A stretch of 64,000 nt of DNA, from contig CAZKYC010000006.1 of the NCBI GenBank assembly GCA_964556895.1, positions 25,099-89,098 of the forward strand, read 5' to 3'. Source of the stretch: an uncultured bacterium (GTDB taxonomy: Bacteria > Hinthialibacterota > Hinthialibacteria > Hinthialibacterales > Hinthialibacteraceae). A program made the position numbers and the translations under genes. How positions within the stretch are numbered: the stretch's first letter is position 1; the number at the start of each line of letters is the position of its first letter. Of the stretch, positions 1-8,986 are shown in pieces. A model generated the notes under the pieces. It saw only the letters and a list, made by a program, of their open reading frames with translations, had not been told where the DNA came from and ran no database searches.

Positions 1-134
1 CTTTGGTTGAGATTGGCGATCAAGCCAGTTCGATCAAGCCAGCGTTGGCCAAGATGGAACGCGAAGACAAAAACGTCCCCGCGCGCTCTCGCGGTTATGT
101 AGGGCGGTTAATGAAAACCATTCTTGGTGAGTGA
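1..134 (+). CDS. C-terminal fragment of an unidentified protein (gene starts upstream of window)
   Basis: Frame open from window edge, ...LVEIGDQASSIKPALAKMEREDKNVPARSRGYVGRLMKTILGE, TGA at 132-134; no family recognised. Confidence 0.3.
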   Translation, partial: LVEIGDQASSIKPALAKMEREDKNVPARSRGYVGRLMKTILGE

Positions 135-146
135 TCTATGAATTTT

Positions 147-229
147 GGGGAGGGCGAACCTCCTGGTGAGCCGCGATAACAAGAAAATGGTTTGATCTTT
201 TTCGGCTCGTCGGGAGACTCGCCCTCCCC
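147..229. repeat. Long imperfect inverted repeat (REP-like element) between two gene ends
   Basis: GGGGAGGGCGAACCTCCTGGTGAGCCG (147-173) vs CGGCTCGTCGGGAGACTCGCCCTCCCC (203-229); outer 11 bp perfect, inner part with mismatches/wobbles; core GGGAGGGCGA recurs at 32093-32102. Confidence 0.5.
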
Positions 230-238
230 ATGTTTCAG

Positions 239-613
239 CTATATCGACGGTGAGAAAAAATAAAAAACCAGCCAGTCGATGCGGCCGCGTTTGACGAAGT
301 ACATACCCGAAAAACGCATCACCTCTTTGATCCTGGCTCGATACTCCGGTTTATAACAATGGGTCGGGCATTGTTTGCACTTAGGTTTGGGGTCATAGGG
401 GCAATGACGAACTCTGGCGCAGGCGTACTCGTATAAATCGCTGCACTCACCACATAATTCGCCTTTCGGCGTGTTATGGTTTTTTTGGCAATAGACGAGG
501 ATAAACGCCTCTAATACTTTACGGTTTTTTTTATAGACGCGCTCATCGACTTTGCCCGTGCGCCGGGTCAACGATGCCGCGTCAAGCGGTTTTGAGCGAA
601 AAAATTGCAGCAT
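239..613 (-). CDS. Nitrous oxide-stimulated promoter family protein (YgbA-like small Cys-rich protein)
   Basis: 124 aa; Cys-rich core CGECSDLYEYACARVRHCPY..KPKCKQCPTHCYKPEYR resembling the CKxCPxHCY signature of E. coli YgbA-type proteins. Confidence 0.7.
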   Translation of the reverse strand: MLQFFRSKPLDAASLTRRTGKVDERVYKKNRKVLEAFILVYCQKNHNTPKGELCGECSDLYEYACARVRHCPYDPKPKCKQCPTHCYKPEYRARIKEVMRFSGMYFVKRGRIDWLVFYFFSPSI

Positions 614-628
614 AAAAATCCTTGTATC

Positions 629-3613
629 CTACGGCGTATTTTTCGCCGCCTTTTCATAGTGTATCAGCGCCAAATCGCGGCGCCCCATTTTCACATAGAG
701 TTGCGCGAGGTTTTTGTGGGCCAAATGATAGCCGGGCCTAACGAGTAAAGCCTGTTTATACGACGCCTCGGCGCGTTGCAGGTCGCCGCTGACCTCATAA
801 ATCGACCCCCGGTTCATCCACGCCTGAGACGAACGCGGCGAGCGCGTCACCGCTTCTTCGATATACGTTTTCGCTTTTGAAAACTGCTTATCTTGGGCCA
901 TCAACACAGCGAGTTGGTTTAACGCCTTGCCGTCAAATGGGTATTCAGCGGCTGCCGTTTCAAACAATTCAATGGCTTTAGAGCTCTCATCCTCGCGCAG
1001 TAACCGCAAGGCTTCTGAAGTCATCGTCGTGGCAATTTCGCGGCGTATCCTTAATGAATTGGCTTCCTGTTTAAGCGCCAGGTACGTCTCTATCGCCTGT
1101 TGATTGGAGATTGAGCGCCCTTCTTCTGTCATTCGCGCCATGCGAAGCGTGAGCGTCGCATCCACCCGCCGTAACCCAAGCCATTGTTGATCATATTGGC
1201 GTAACAGACACGCCTCGCATTGGTCTTGAAAACGCAATTGGCTCAATCGTTCAATGTTCTCAACCAGGGTGTTGCTGCCAACATGATATGGACTTGAAAA
1301 CTCGACATGCAGATTATCATCCGTATTGATCAACGCCCCTTGGCTCAATTCGTTCAAGCCGTCTTGATCAGCAACATACATCGCCAACAAGGCGCCGGCA
1401 TGATCAAGATCAATCGCTAATAAATCATCTTTCAATGGAGCGTCATTAAACCGCTGCGCCCATTCTTCAACTTGAATTGAGAATGATTCATTCGAGCCAA
1501 TCAGAATACTGTCGTAATAGGTCTGCCACAGCATGGCGTTTGGAAACGCTTGGGTGAACGTGCGGACCAGCGTATCGATGTCGCGCTCTGACAATTCATA
1601 CAATGGCAGCCACTGCGCCATCACACCGCCAGGGTTTAACCTCGCCGCCGCATCTTTGTAATAATCATAGGTATACAAAAACGTTGATCCCGCCGCCCAG
1701 GGATGGATCGGGTCAGCCGTAATCACATCATAGGTTTCCGTCGTAGTACGCAGGTGGTTGCGCCCATCTTGTATCGTGACTGTAACAGTGGGTTGATTGA
1801 GCGCGTCGCTGTTTGCGTAATCAAACGCCGCGGCGCCGCCCAAAACGGCAGGCTCAATCTCAACCAGCCTTACGCTATCCACGCCAGGATGGATCGCCGC
1901 CGCGCCTACTGTACATCCCGCCCCCAGGCCAATGACCAATACGCTCTTTGGGGCCGGGTGAACGAAGCAAGGGAGATGCCCCATTAACTTTTGCAGACTC
2001 AGGCCGTTCTTGCTGTCAGTGGCGACTGTCTTGCCATTGATGACCAGTGAACGCATCTCGCTGCTCTGAACAACCGAGACATTCGCGTCTGCGCCTTCTT
2101 CATAATACACAATGGTTGAATCGGCCAACGCCGCGTCTAACTGAATGGCCCCGTCATCGTTCAGATAGGCGGCGCCAACATTGTTGCGAAATGCGCTGAG
2201 GCGATGGTAATCCCATTGAGGAAGTTGAAAGCCAACGCTAATGATTCCAAGAGCGCCAACAATCGCCAAACAGAATGCCAGCCAGCCTTTTGAAGATACG
2301 GTTTTAAACGCCCAACATAGAACCAAAAATCCGTAAAGCGCTGGGATGGTTGATACCAAGAGCAAACTAGTTTGCAACCCGAGTTGTGGAACTAATACAT
2401 ATCCCGCTGCCAGCGCACCCAACGCAGCGCCGACCGTATTGATGAAAGCGCTTTCACCCGTCGAAGCGCCAAATCGGCGTTGCAATAATGAGCGCGCTTC
2501 AGCTGCCATGGGAAACGCCATACCAAACAAAAACGCCGGGGCCGCCATCAATAAAAAACTCAGAGCAAACCCCGCCATCGGACGTACGCCAGAGAAATGA
2601 CCGTATATCCATTGGTTTAATTGAAGCGACGCTGCTGGAACTTCTGGAACCAATTGACAAGCAACGCCCGCCGAAGCGCCAATAAAAAGTAGAACAAATC
2701 CAAACCGTGTTGATAAACGGTATTCCTTGAATAATTGAAGGCTTTCAAATAGCCCACCCAGAGCGATGCCTGACAAAAACGCCGCGAGCATTAACGTGAA
2801 ATTGTATGAGGTTGCGCCCAACGCCACCGCCAATGCACGCGTCCACATCACTTCCATGCCCAGCGAACAGAAGCCGCATACCGCCGCTCCCCAAAACACC
2901 AAACGCAAGGCGAGAGCGTCGTCTGTTGGCCTTAAATTTTTATCCGGAGTAGTATCTGATGTAGTTGAAGCGGATTGCATGGTATGCGAATAACCAATCG
3001 CCGCAATTCCAACTAAACCATTCAATAGCGCTGAATAGAGTTGGGTTTGAAACAAGCCAAGCGCAGGAAGAATAACAAACCCGGCGAGCAAGGCGCCGCC
3101 CGCCGCGCCAAGAGTATTCACGCCATACAACAACGGCATGCGCTGCGCCATCTGAGACTGGTTTGATACCAGAAACTGAACCAGCACGGGCAAGGTAGCG
3201 CCCATACAAACCGTCGGCAGCAGCAACAACCCAAACGCAAAGCAAAACCTGGCGATGCTTAACATGACCGTCACGTCGCCCACAGACTTTGCAATAGAAA
3301 TGTAAAGGAGATCGACAACCTGGAGAAAATAGGGAAACAGGACGGCAAACACAGCGACGGCGATTTCTAGCCAGCCGTATAATTTGAGCGGGTTTTTTAC
3401 CCGGCTGCTCCATCGCCCGCCGAGGGCGCCGCCCAGCGCCAAACCGATCATAAACGCGGCCAAGACAATACTGGTCGCGGCGCGGCTGGCGCCAAAAACA
3501 AGCGTGAGTTCGCGGTTCCAGGCCGATTGATAGACAAGCGCAATCGCGCCAGTTATCAAAAACAAACAATAGACCACAACCGCATCCCGGTTCACACGGC
3601 CCATACAAGACAA
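629..3613 (-). CDS. Fused polytopic membrane (MFS-like) / spermidine synthase-like / TPR-repeat protein
   Basis: 994 aa; about 470 aa of hydrophobic helices, then a GxGxG methyltransferase-fold block (VLVIGLGAGCTVGAA ... ITADPIHPW), then TPR-like repeats (AWMNRGSIYEVSGDLQRAEASYKQALLVRPGYHLAHKNLAQLY). Confidence 0.8.
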   Translation of the reverse strand: MSCMGRVNRDAVVVYCLFLITGAIALVYQSAWNRELTLVFGASRAATSIVLAAFMIGLALGGALGGRWSSRVKNPLKLYGWLEIAVAVFAVLFPYFLQVVDLLYISIAKSVGDVTVMLSIARFCFAFGLLLLPTVCMGATLPVLVQFLVSNQSQMAQRMPLLYGVNTLGAAGGALLAGFVILPALGLFQTQLYSALLNGLVGIAAIGYSHTMQSASTTSDTTPDKNLRPTDDALALRLVFWGAAVCGFCSLGMEVMWTRALAVALGATSYNFTLMLAAFLSGIALGGLFESLQLFKEYRLSTRFGFVLLFIGASAGVACQLVPEVPAASLQLNQWIYGHFSGVRPMAGFALSFLLMAAPAFLFGMAFPMAAEARSLLQRRFGASTGESAFINTVGAALGALAAGYVLVPQLGLQTSLLLVSTIPALYGFLVLCWAFKTVSSKGWLAFCLAIVGALGIISVGFQLPQWDYHRLSAFRNNVGAAYLNDDGAIQLDAALADSTIVYYEEGADANVSVVQSSEMRSLVINGKTVATDSKNGLSLQKLMGHLPCFVHPAPKSVLVIGLGAGCTVGAAAIHPGVDSVRLVEIEPAVLGGAAAFDYANSDALNQPTVTVTIQDGRNHLRTTTETYDVITADPIHPWAAGSTFLYTYDYYKDAAARLNPGGVMAQWLPLYELSERDIDTLVRTFTQAFPNAMLWQTYYDSILIGSNESFSIQVEEWAQRFNDAPLKDDLLAIDLDHAGALLAMYVADQDGLNELSQGALINTDDNLHVEFSSPYHVGSNTLVENIERLSQLRFQDQCEACLLRQYDQQWLGLRRVDATLTLRMARMTEEGRSISNQQAIETYLALKQEANSLRIRREIATTMTSEALRLLREDESSKAIELFETAAAEYPFDGKALNQLAVLMAQDKQFSKAKTYIEEAVTRSPRSSQAWMNRGSIYEVSGDLQRAEASYKQALLVRPGYHLAHKNLAQLYVKMGRRDLALIHYEKAAKNTP

Positions 3614-3635
3614 CCGCCGAGGTAGGAAGGATAAA

Positions 3636-4757
3636 TTACAATTGGTCTGCGTTTTGTTCTTTTAACGCCGCGACCGCTTGTTTGACGTCTTGAGCGCGGT
3701 CTTTAGGACACACCAACACCGCGTCATGAGTGGTCACAACAATGGCGTCTTTCATACCGACCACACAAACAGCCAACTCTTTGGCGCCTGGCTCGTTGTA
3801 AGCGACCACATTGTCGCAATCAATTAACACCGGCCCGCCAACAGGCGTGTTTCGCCGCTCGTCGCGTGGGCGTATGCGGGATAGAGCGTCCCATGAACCA
3901 AGGTCGTCCCAACGAAAGTCGCCCAGCGTTACATAGACGTTGTCGGCTTTCTCCATCAGGCCATAGTCGATGGATATATTGGGCAGCGCTTCAAAGAAAG
4001 CCAATAACTTCGCATCAACGTCACAGTTATGATTCTGGAGAACCAACGACATTGATTCAATGCTTTGCGCCAATTCGGGCATGTGTATTTGTAAACTGTT
4101 AACAAAAGATGACAGGCGCCAGAAAAACATGCCGCTGTTCCAATAATAAAAGCGCGACGCCTGATATTTTTCAGCGTCGTCTAAGTTGGGTTTCTCTAAA
4201 AAGCGCGACACTCGGTAGATGGGGATGCCGTCTTCATCGGTGATGGGTTTGTTCAGTTCAGAAATCTCAATATACCCGTAACCGGTTTCGGGGCGGGTGG
4301 GGTGCGTACCGATGGTGAGCAGCGCGTCTTCTTGTTCAGCAAACCGCAAGGCGGCTGTAATGGTTTCACAAAAGCGCTCTTCATCGCCGATGAGATGGTC
4401 GGCGGTCGTGACCGACATAAGCAGGTCGCCGTTTTCGTCAGCAAACCGCGCCTTGGCGTGAGCGGCGGCGAACGCGAGACAGCCAGAGGTATTTCGCCGT
4501 AACGGCTCGCCAATGATGTTCTCAGCCGGATGGTTAGGCAGCGCCTCGCGGATCGGTTCAATCAGGTCCTGGCTGGTGGCGATCAACACCCGCTCTGCGG
4601 GCAACACCGGAGCAAGGCGGTCGACTGCCTCCTGCAACATGGTTTTTTCGTCACTCGTTAAATGCAACAATTGTTTGGGACGCAAACGCCGACTGACAGG
4701 CCAGAAACGCTCGCCAGACCCGCCCGCCATAATTACGCCAACAGTTTGAAGCGGCAT
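3636..4757 (-). CDS. Mannose-1-phosphate guanylyltransferase-type sugar nucleotidyltransferase
   Basis: N-terminal GVIMAGGSGERFWPVSRRLRPKQLL nucleotidyltransferase motif; ATG at 4757 sits 7 nt after GGAGAG, preferred over the GTG at 4763 used by the ORF track. Confidence 0.8.
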   Translation of the reverse strand: MPLQTVGVIMAGGSGERFWPVSRRLRPKQLLHLTSDEKTMLQEAVDRLAPVLPAERVLIATSQDLIEPIREALPNHPAENIIGEPLRRNTSGCLAFAAAHAKARFADENGDLLMSVTTADHLIGDEERFCETITAALRFAEQEDALLTIGTHPTRPETGYGYIEISELNKPITDEDGIPIYRVSRFLEKPNLDDAEKYQASRFYYWNSGMFFWRLSSFVNSLQIHMPELAQSIESMSLVLQNHNCDVDAKLLAFFEALPNISIDYGLMEKADNVYVTLGDFRWDDLGSWDALSRIRPRDERRNTPVGGPVLIDCDNVVAYNEPGAKELAVCVVGMKDAIVVTTHDAVLVCPKDRAQDVKQAVAALKEQNADQL

Positions 4758-4847
4758 ACTCACTCTCTCCTATAAAATCCATTGCTTATATCCTACATTC
4801 AACTAGGCGAGTTTCTACAGTAAGACCACGGTTTTGAGGAGAGAACC

Positions 4848-6014
4848 ATGCAATCACGCAGACGCTTTCTATCATCAAGCGCAACCCTCACAGCAGTTTC
4901 GGCATTTTCGATTCAGCGGGCGTCCGCTGCGAAAGACTATAAGGCCGCGGTCATAGGCCGCACCGGCGGCGGCGATTATGGCCATGGCTACGACAAGATA
5001 TTCAACGGCCTAAATAACGTAAGCGTGGCCGCAGTCGCCGACCAGGATGAAAATGGCCGCGCCAAAGCGGCAGAACGCTCAGGCGCCAAGCGGCAATACG
5101 CCGACTATCGTGAGATGCTGGAAAAAGAAAAACCCGACCTAGTTAGTGTGGCGCCGCGCCAGCCTGATTGTCACAAAGACATGGCCGTCGCAGCCATCGA
5201 GAATGGCGCCCACGTCTTTATGGAAAAACCCTTCACCGAAACCCTCGAAGACAGTGACGCGATTATCAGCGCCGCCGAAAAACACAATCGAATCGTCGCG
5301 GTCGCCCACAACCGCCGGCACACACGATTGTTTCGACAGATTGGCCAGTTAGTTCAAGACGGGTCAATTGGGACTGTCCTTGAAATGCGCGTCTATGGAA
5401 AGCAAGACTCACGCGCGGGCGGAGAAGACCTGATCGTATTGGGCACACATGATTTCGACTTGATGCGCCTTTATTTTGGCGACCCGCTCTGGTGCAGCGC
5501 GACGGTCCTAAAAGATGGCCGCGATGTTACTATCAATGACGCCCGTAGGGGCCGCGAGCCGCTGTTGGTCGCGGGCGACACGATATGCGCAACGATTGCG
5601 TTTCCCAACAACATTTTCTGTCATTGGACGTCAGTAAAAACCAGCGACCATTGGAACACCAATTTCTCAAAGCGGGAGAAATGGCGATTTGACATCAATG
5701 GGACTAAAGCCATGCTCGCATACCAATCAGGCCTCGAAGCCGCGATCTGGAACTCGCCCTTCCCCGCCCATACAGACGGCAGCGTCACTTGGAAAGACTT
5801 GCCTGAACCTCAAAATTGGGATCTCCCAGAACATGAGTTACACCCAATCAAAAACTTGATTCACGCTATTGAAACTGACTCACAGCCGCTATGCAGTATG
5901 TATGACGGGCGCTGGACAGTCGAGATGGTCTCGTCGGTCTACGCATCTCATTTCAAACAAGGCCGGATCAAGTATCCATTGAAAAAGCGAGGCCACCCGT
6001 TGCGCTCGTCCTAA
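4848..6014 (+). CDS. Gfo/Idh/MocA family oxidoreductase with twin-arginine signal
   Basis: MQSRRRFLSSSATLTAVSAFS Tat-type leader, Rossmann start AAVIGRTGGGDYGHG, EKP motif (VFMEKPF); GAGGAG Shine-Dalgarno (SD) upstream. Confidence 0.85.
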   Translation: MQSRRRFLSSSATLTAVSAFSIQRASAAKDYKAAVIGRTGGGDYGHGYDKIFNGLNNVSVAAVADQDENGRAKAAERSGAKRQYADYREMLEKEKPDLVSVAPRQPDCHKDMAVAAIENGAHVFMEKPFTETLEDSDAIISAAEKHNRIVAVAHNRRHTRLFRQIGQLVQDGSIGTVLEMRVYGKQDSRAGGEDLIVLGTHDFDLMRLYFGDPLWCSATVLKDGRDVTINDARRGREPLLVAGDTICATIAFPNNIFCHWTSVKTSDHWNTNFSKREKWRFDINGTKAMLAYQSGLEAAIWNSPFPAHTDGSVTWKDLPEPQNWDLPEHELHPIKNLIHAIETDSQPLCSMYDGRWTVEMVSSVYASHFKQGRIKYPLKKRGHPLRSS

Positions 6015-6136
6015 CAGAAACCAAATATTGACATCTATTGGCAGAACGGAGACTGAGGCTATGATGCGTAGATATGTATTTGGCTTTGAATCACAATAAA
6101 AGTTTTGGCTTGGATTCGAGCATTACTTATTAGACT

Positions 6137-6661
6137 ATGGTTCCGGTTATTCAGCGCCCGGCGCGATACTTTTATCTTAAATTGATTCGCCAAGAAGGCT
6201 CGCCCGACCAGATATCCGCCGGGATGGCGCTTGGCGTGTTTATTGGCCTGATCACGCCGCCTGGCCCGCAAATGATCATCGCCGTCATTATCGCCGCATT
6301 CGCAGGCATGAACCGAATCTCATCAGCGCTCGGCGTGTGGATCACCAACCCGGTCACGATTCCGTTCATTTATCCATTCCAGGTGTGGCTAGGCAGCAAG
6401 TTCTCCGGCATCCCCCTCAACTTCAAAGCGCCGACTACGATCCCTGAATTGTGGGTGCTACTCACCGATAGCCAAAATCATTGGAACTTGATTATCACTC
6501 TCCTAGTCGGCGCGTTTGTCTCGGCGGTATTCATGTCGTTTCTTTCGTTTTTTGTAACAAAGTATGTCGTCAATTCATACCGTCAGAAAAAAATCGCCCG
6601 TCAACAGAGTATGCGCGTGCGCCAGGCTGCAGCGCAATCGACCAAATCAGCCGAACAATAA
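6137..6661 (+). CDS. DUF2062-like small membrane protein
   Basis: 174 aa; SPDQISAGMALGVFIGLITPPG.. pattern and 3-4 hydrophobic helices typical of DUF2062. Confidence 0.6.
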   Translation: MVPVIQRPARYFYLKLIRQEGSPDQISAGMALGVFIGLITPPGPQMIIAVIIAAFAGMNRISSALGVWITNPVTIPFIYPFQVWLGSKFSGIPLNFKAPTTIPELWVLLTDSQNHWNLIITLLVGAFVSAVFMSFLSFFVTKYVVNSYRQKKIARQQSMRVRQAAAQSTKSAEQ

Positions 6662-6670
6662 GAGGCGCCC

Positions 6671-7855
6671 GTGTTTCATCTCTCACAGCGTATGGAATCC
6701 GTCCAGGATCCGGTGATCCCCATCATCGGGCGAATGGTGCGTGAGAATCGCGGTACAATCAATTTTGGCCAGGGCGTCGCCCATTACCCTCCGCCCCAGG
6801 AAGCGCTCGACGCCTACAATCAATTTCTCAGCGACCCAGCGAACCATAGATACCACGCGGTTGACGGCATCCCCCAATTCAAACAAACCTTGATCAACAA
6901 ACTTCAGTCTGAAAACAACATCAAACTGAACACCGCTAAGGGCGGCAAAGCGCGCCTATGCGTCACCGCAGGCGGCAATATGGCGTTTTTACACGCGGTG
7001 ACAGCGATTACTGACCCCGGCGATGAGATCATTGTACTCACGCCGTTCTATTTCAACCACGAAATGGCGGTGCGAATCGCTGATTGCAGGCCAGTCTTCG
7101 CCGCGACCGATGAGAATTTTCAGCCTGACATCGACGCAATTTTAGACGCAATCACTGAGCGGACGAAAGCGGTCCTCACGGTGTCGCCAAACAACCCGAC
7201 TGGCGCGGTGTATCCTGAGTCAACCCTACGCGCGATTAACAAACTGTGTCTTGAACGCAGCATCTATCACATTCACGATGAGGCCTATGAGTATTTCACC
7301 TACAACGACGCTACCCATTTCTCGCCGGGCTCAATTGATCACGCAAACCAACACACCATTTCGCTCTTTTCGTTCTCAAAGAGTTACGGCTTCGCGGGGT
7401 GGCGCGTCGGGTATATGACCTTTCCCGCCCGGCTCGAAACCGCTATTCATAAAATTCAAGATACCAACCTCATTTGCCCGCCGATTGTCTCTCAATACGC
7501 CGCGATGGGGGCGCTTGAAGCCGGGGGAACATATTGCAAACAGTTTTCGCGATCCTACAATACAGTTCGAGGCCAATTGTTGAACGAGTTTGAAGAGTTA
7601 CACGACAAAATCACAATTCCACCAGCTGACGGCGCATTTTATTTCTTCCTAAAGATCAACACATCCATGGCGCCGATGGATTTAGCCAAGCGCCTGATTC
7701 TTGAACATAAGGTTGCGTTGATGCCCGGCCACGCATTCGGCATGGATAAGGGCTGCTACCTGCGCTTATCGTATGGCGCGTTGGACGCAGCCCAGGCGGC
7801 AGAAGGCGCCTCCAGGCTCAAACAAGGGTTACGCACACTATTGAGGAGCGATTAA
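6671..7855 (+). CDS. Class I/II pyridoxal-phosphate-dependent aminotransferase
   Basis: 394 aa; SPNNPTG block and SFSKSYGFAGWRVGY (PLP-lysine motif); GTG start 6 nt after AAGAGG. Confidence 0.85.
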   Translation: MFHLSQRMESVQDPVIPIIGRMVRENRGTINFGQGVAHYPPPQEALDAYNQFLSDPANHRYHAVDGIPQFKQTLINKLQSENNIKLNTAKGGKARLCVTAGGNMAFLHAVTAITDPGDEIIVLTPFYFNHEMAVRIADCRPVFAATDENFQPDIDAILDAITERTKAVLTVSPNNPTGAVYPESTLRAINKLCLERSIYHIHDEAYEYFTYNDATHFSPGSIDHANQHTISLFSFSKSYGFAGWRVGYMTFPARLETAIHKIQDTNLICPPIVSQYAAMGALEAGGTYCKQFSRSYNTVRGQLLNEFEELHDKITIPPADGAFYFFLKINTSMAPMDLAKRLILEHKVALMPGHAFGMDKGCYLRLSYGALDAAQAAEGASRLKQGLRTLLRSD

Positions 7856-7857
7856 CC

Positions 7858-8637
7858 GTGGACGTATTCGGCGTGCAACTTAACATGCAATGGGAAAACA
7901 AACCCGCGAATTATGAGAGAGTAAAATCGCTGCTGGCCCAACAAACCATTACGCCAAATAGTTTGATTGTCTTGCCTGAGATGTTCGCGACTGGCTTCAG
8001 CATGAACCTGACTGATATTCACGAACCTGACTCCGGCCCAACCGCGCAGTTTTTAAGTACACTCGCTCAAGACTCCAAATCTAGTGTTGTTGGCGGTTGT
8101 GTCGGGCTTGGCGACGATCAAAAAGGGCGCAACCAGGCGCTTTGTTTTGGCCCCGATGGCGGCGAAGTTGCGCGTTACACCAAGATGCACCCATTCACTT
8201 TCGGCGGCGAAACCAAACACTACACCCCTGGAGATGAGATCATTCTATTTCAATGGGGCGAATTCACCGTGGCGCCGTTTATTTGTTATGACTTGCGGTT
8301 TCCTGAAATTTTTCGTCATGCGACGCAGATGGGCGCCAATGTTTTTCTTGTGATTGCCTGTTGGCCTCAGGCGCGCGACGCCCATTGGATGGCGCTGCTG
8401 CGCGCCCGCGCTATTGAAAACCAATCATATGTGGTTGGCGTAAACCGCTGTGGCAGCGACCCTAAACTGAAATACTCAGGCCGCAGCCAGATGATTGATC
8501 CGATGGGAAATGTGCTATCTGATGCACAAAGCGAAGAAACCATCATCAACGCAAAACTTGATGTTGGCATGTTGAACCAATATCGAAGCGACTTCCCCGT
8601 CTTACAAGATATACGTGAAGAGTATCGCCCTGAATAG
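7858..8637 (+). CDS. Carbon-nitrogen hydrolase, omega-amidase (YafV/Nit)-like
   Basis: Glu-Lys-Cys triad context: VLPEMF, YTKMHPF, FICYDLRFPE; GTG start 2 nt after the aminotransferase stop, GAGGAG upstream. Confidence 0.8.
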   Translation: MDVFGVQLNMQWENKPANYERVKSLLAQQTITPNSLIVLPEMFATGFSMNLTDIHEPDSGPTAQFLSTLAQDSKSSVVGGCVGLGDDQKGRNQALCFGPDGGEVARYTKMHPFTFGGETKHYTPGDEIILFQWGEFTVAPFICYDLRFPEIFRHATQMGANVFLVIACWPQARDAHWMALLRARAIENQSYVVGVNRCGSDPKLKYSGRSQMIDPMGNVLSDAQSEETIINAKLDVGMLNQYRSDFPVLQDIREEYRPE

Positions 8638-8756
8638 GGGCGCAACACGCTGCGCCTGTCTGATGCTTGGAAAATCAATCAAGAACTGAATCTGCTTCGC
8701 TCATTCTTGCCCTTGCCACTCCCGCCCACTATACATGGACTGACAAACCCCAGTAG

Positions 8757-8783
8757 GGCGGGATGAATGAAATGAATCCCGCC
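8757..8783. repeat. Small GC-rich palindrome (REP-like hairpin)
   Basis: GGCGGGAT (8757-8764) / ATCCCGCC (8776-8783) around an 11-nt loop, in the convergent intergenic region. Confidence 0.5.
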
Positions 8784-8920
8784 ATTGGTTGTTATAGTGG
8801 TTTCCAGAATACTGTGCGGATTGAGTTTACATAACTGTATCTTTCGCTGTCCGCCGCGGCGGATACGGGTGCGCTTACCGCACGCAATTTTGTCAAACGC
8901 TCTAATCGCTCAATTTTAAA

Positions 8921-8969
8921 GTCCCCTTTTTACAAGGAGGGGGGTCGCCGCAGGCGGAAAGGGGAGATC
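8921..8969. repeat. REP-like composite palindromic element, copy 1
   Basis: GTCCCCTTTTTACAAGGAGGGGGGTCGCCGCAGGCGGAAAGGGGAGATC; same architecture and much of the sequence as 24743-24790. Confidence 0.6.
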
Positions 8970-8986
8970 AGCCCATCGCGGAAAAA

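Noticed and set aside
2940-3608. Long alternative-frame or antisense ORFs inside real genes (this one, and also 14704-15123, 21785-22120, 25214-25762, 48116-48496, 39624-40085 and others)
   Set aside because: They lie entirely within confidently assigned genes. They have Arg/Pro/Gly-rich low-complexity translations typical of shadow ORFs, and they lack SDs.
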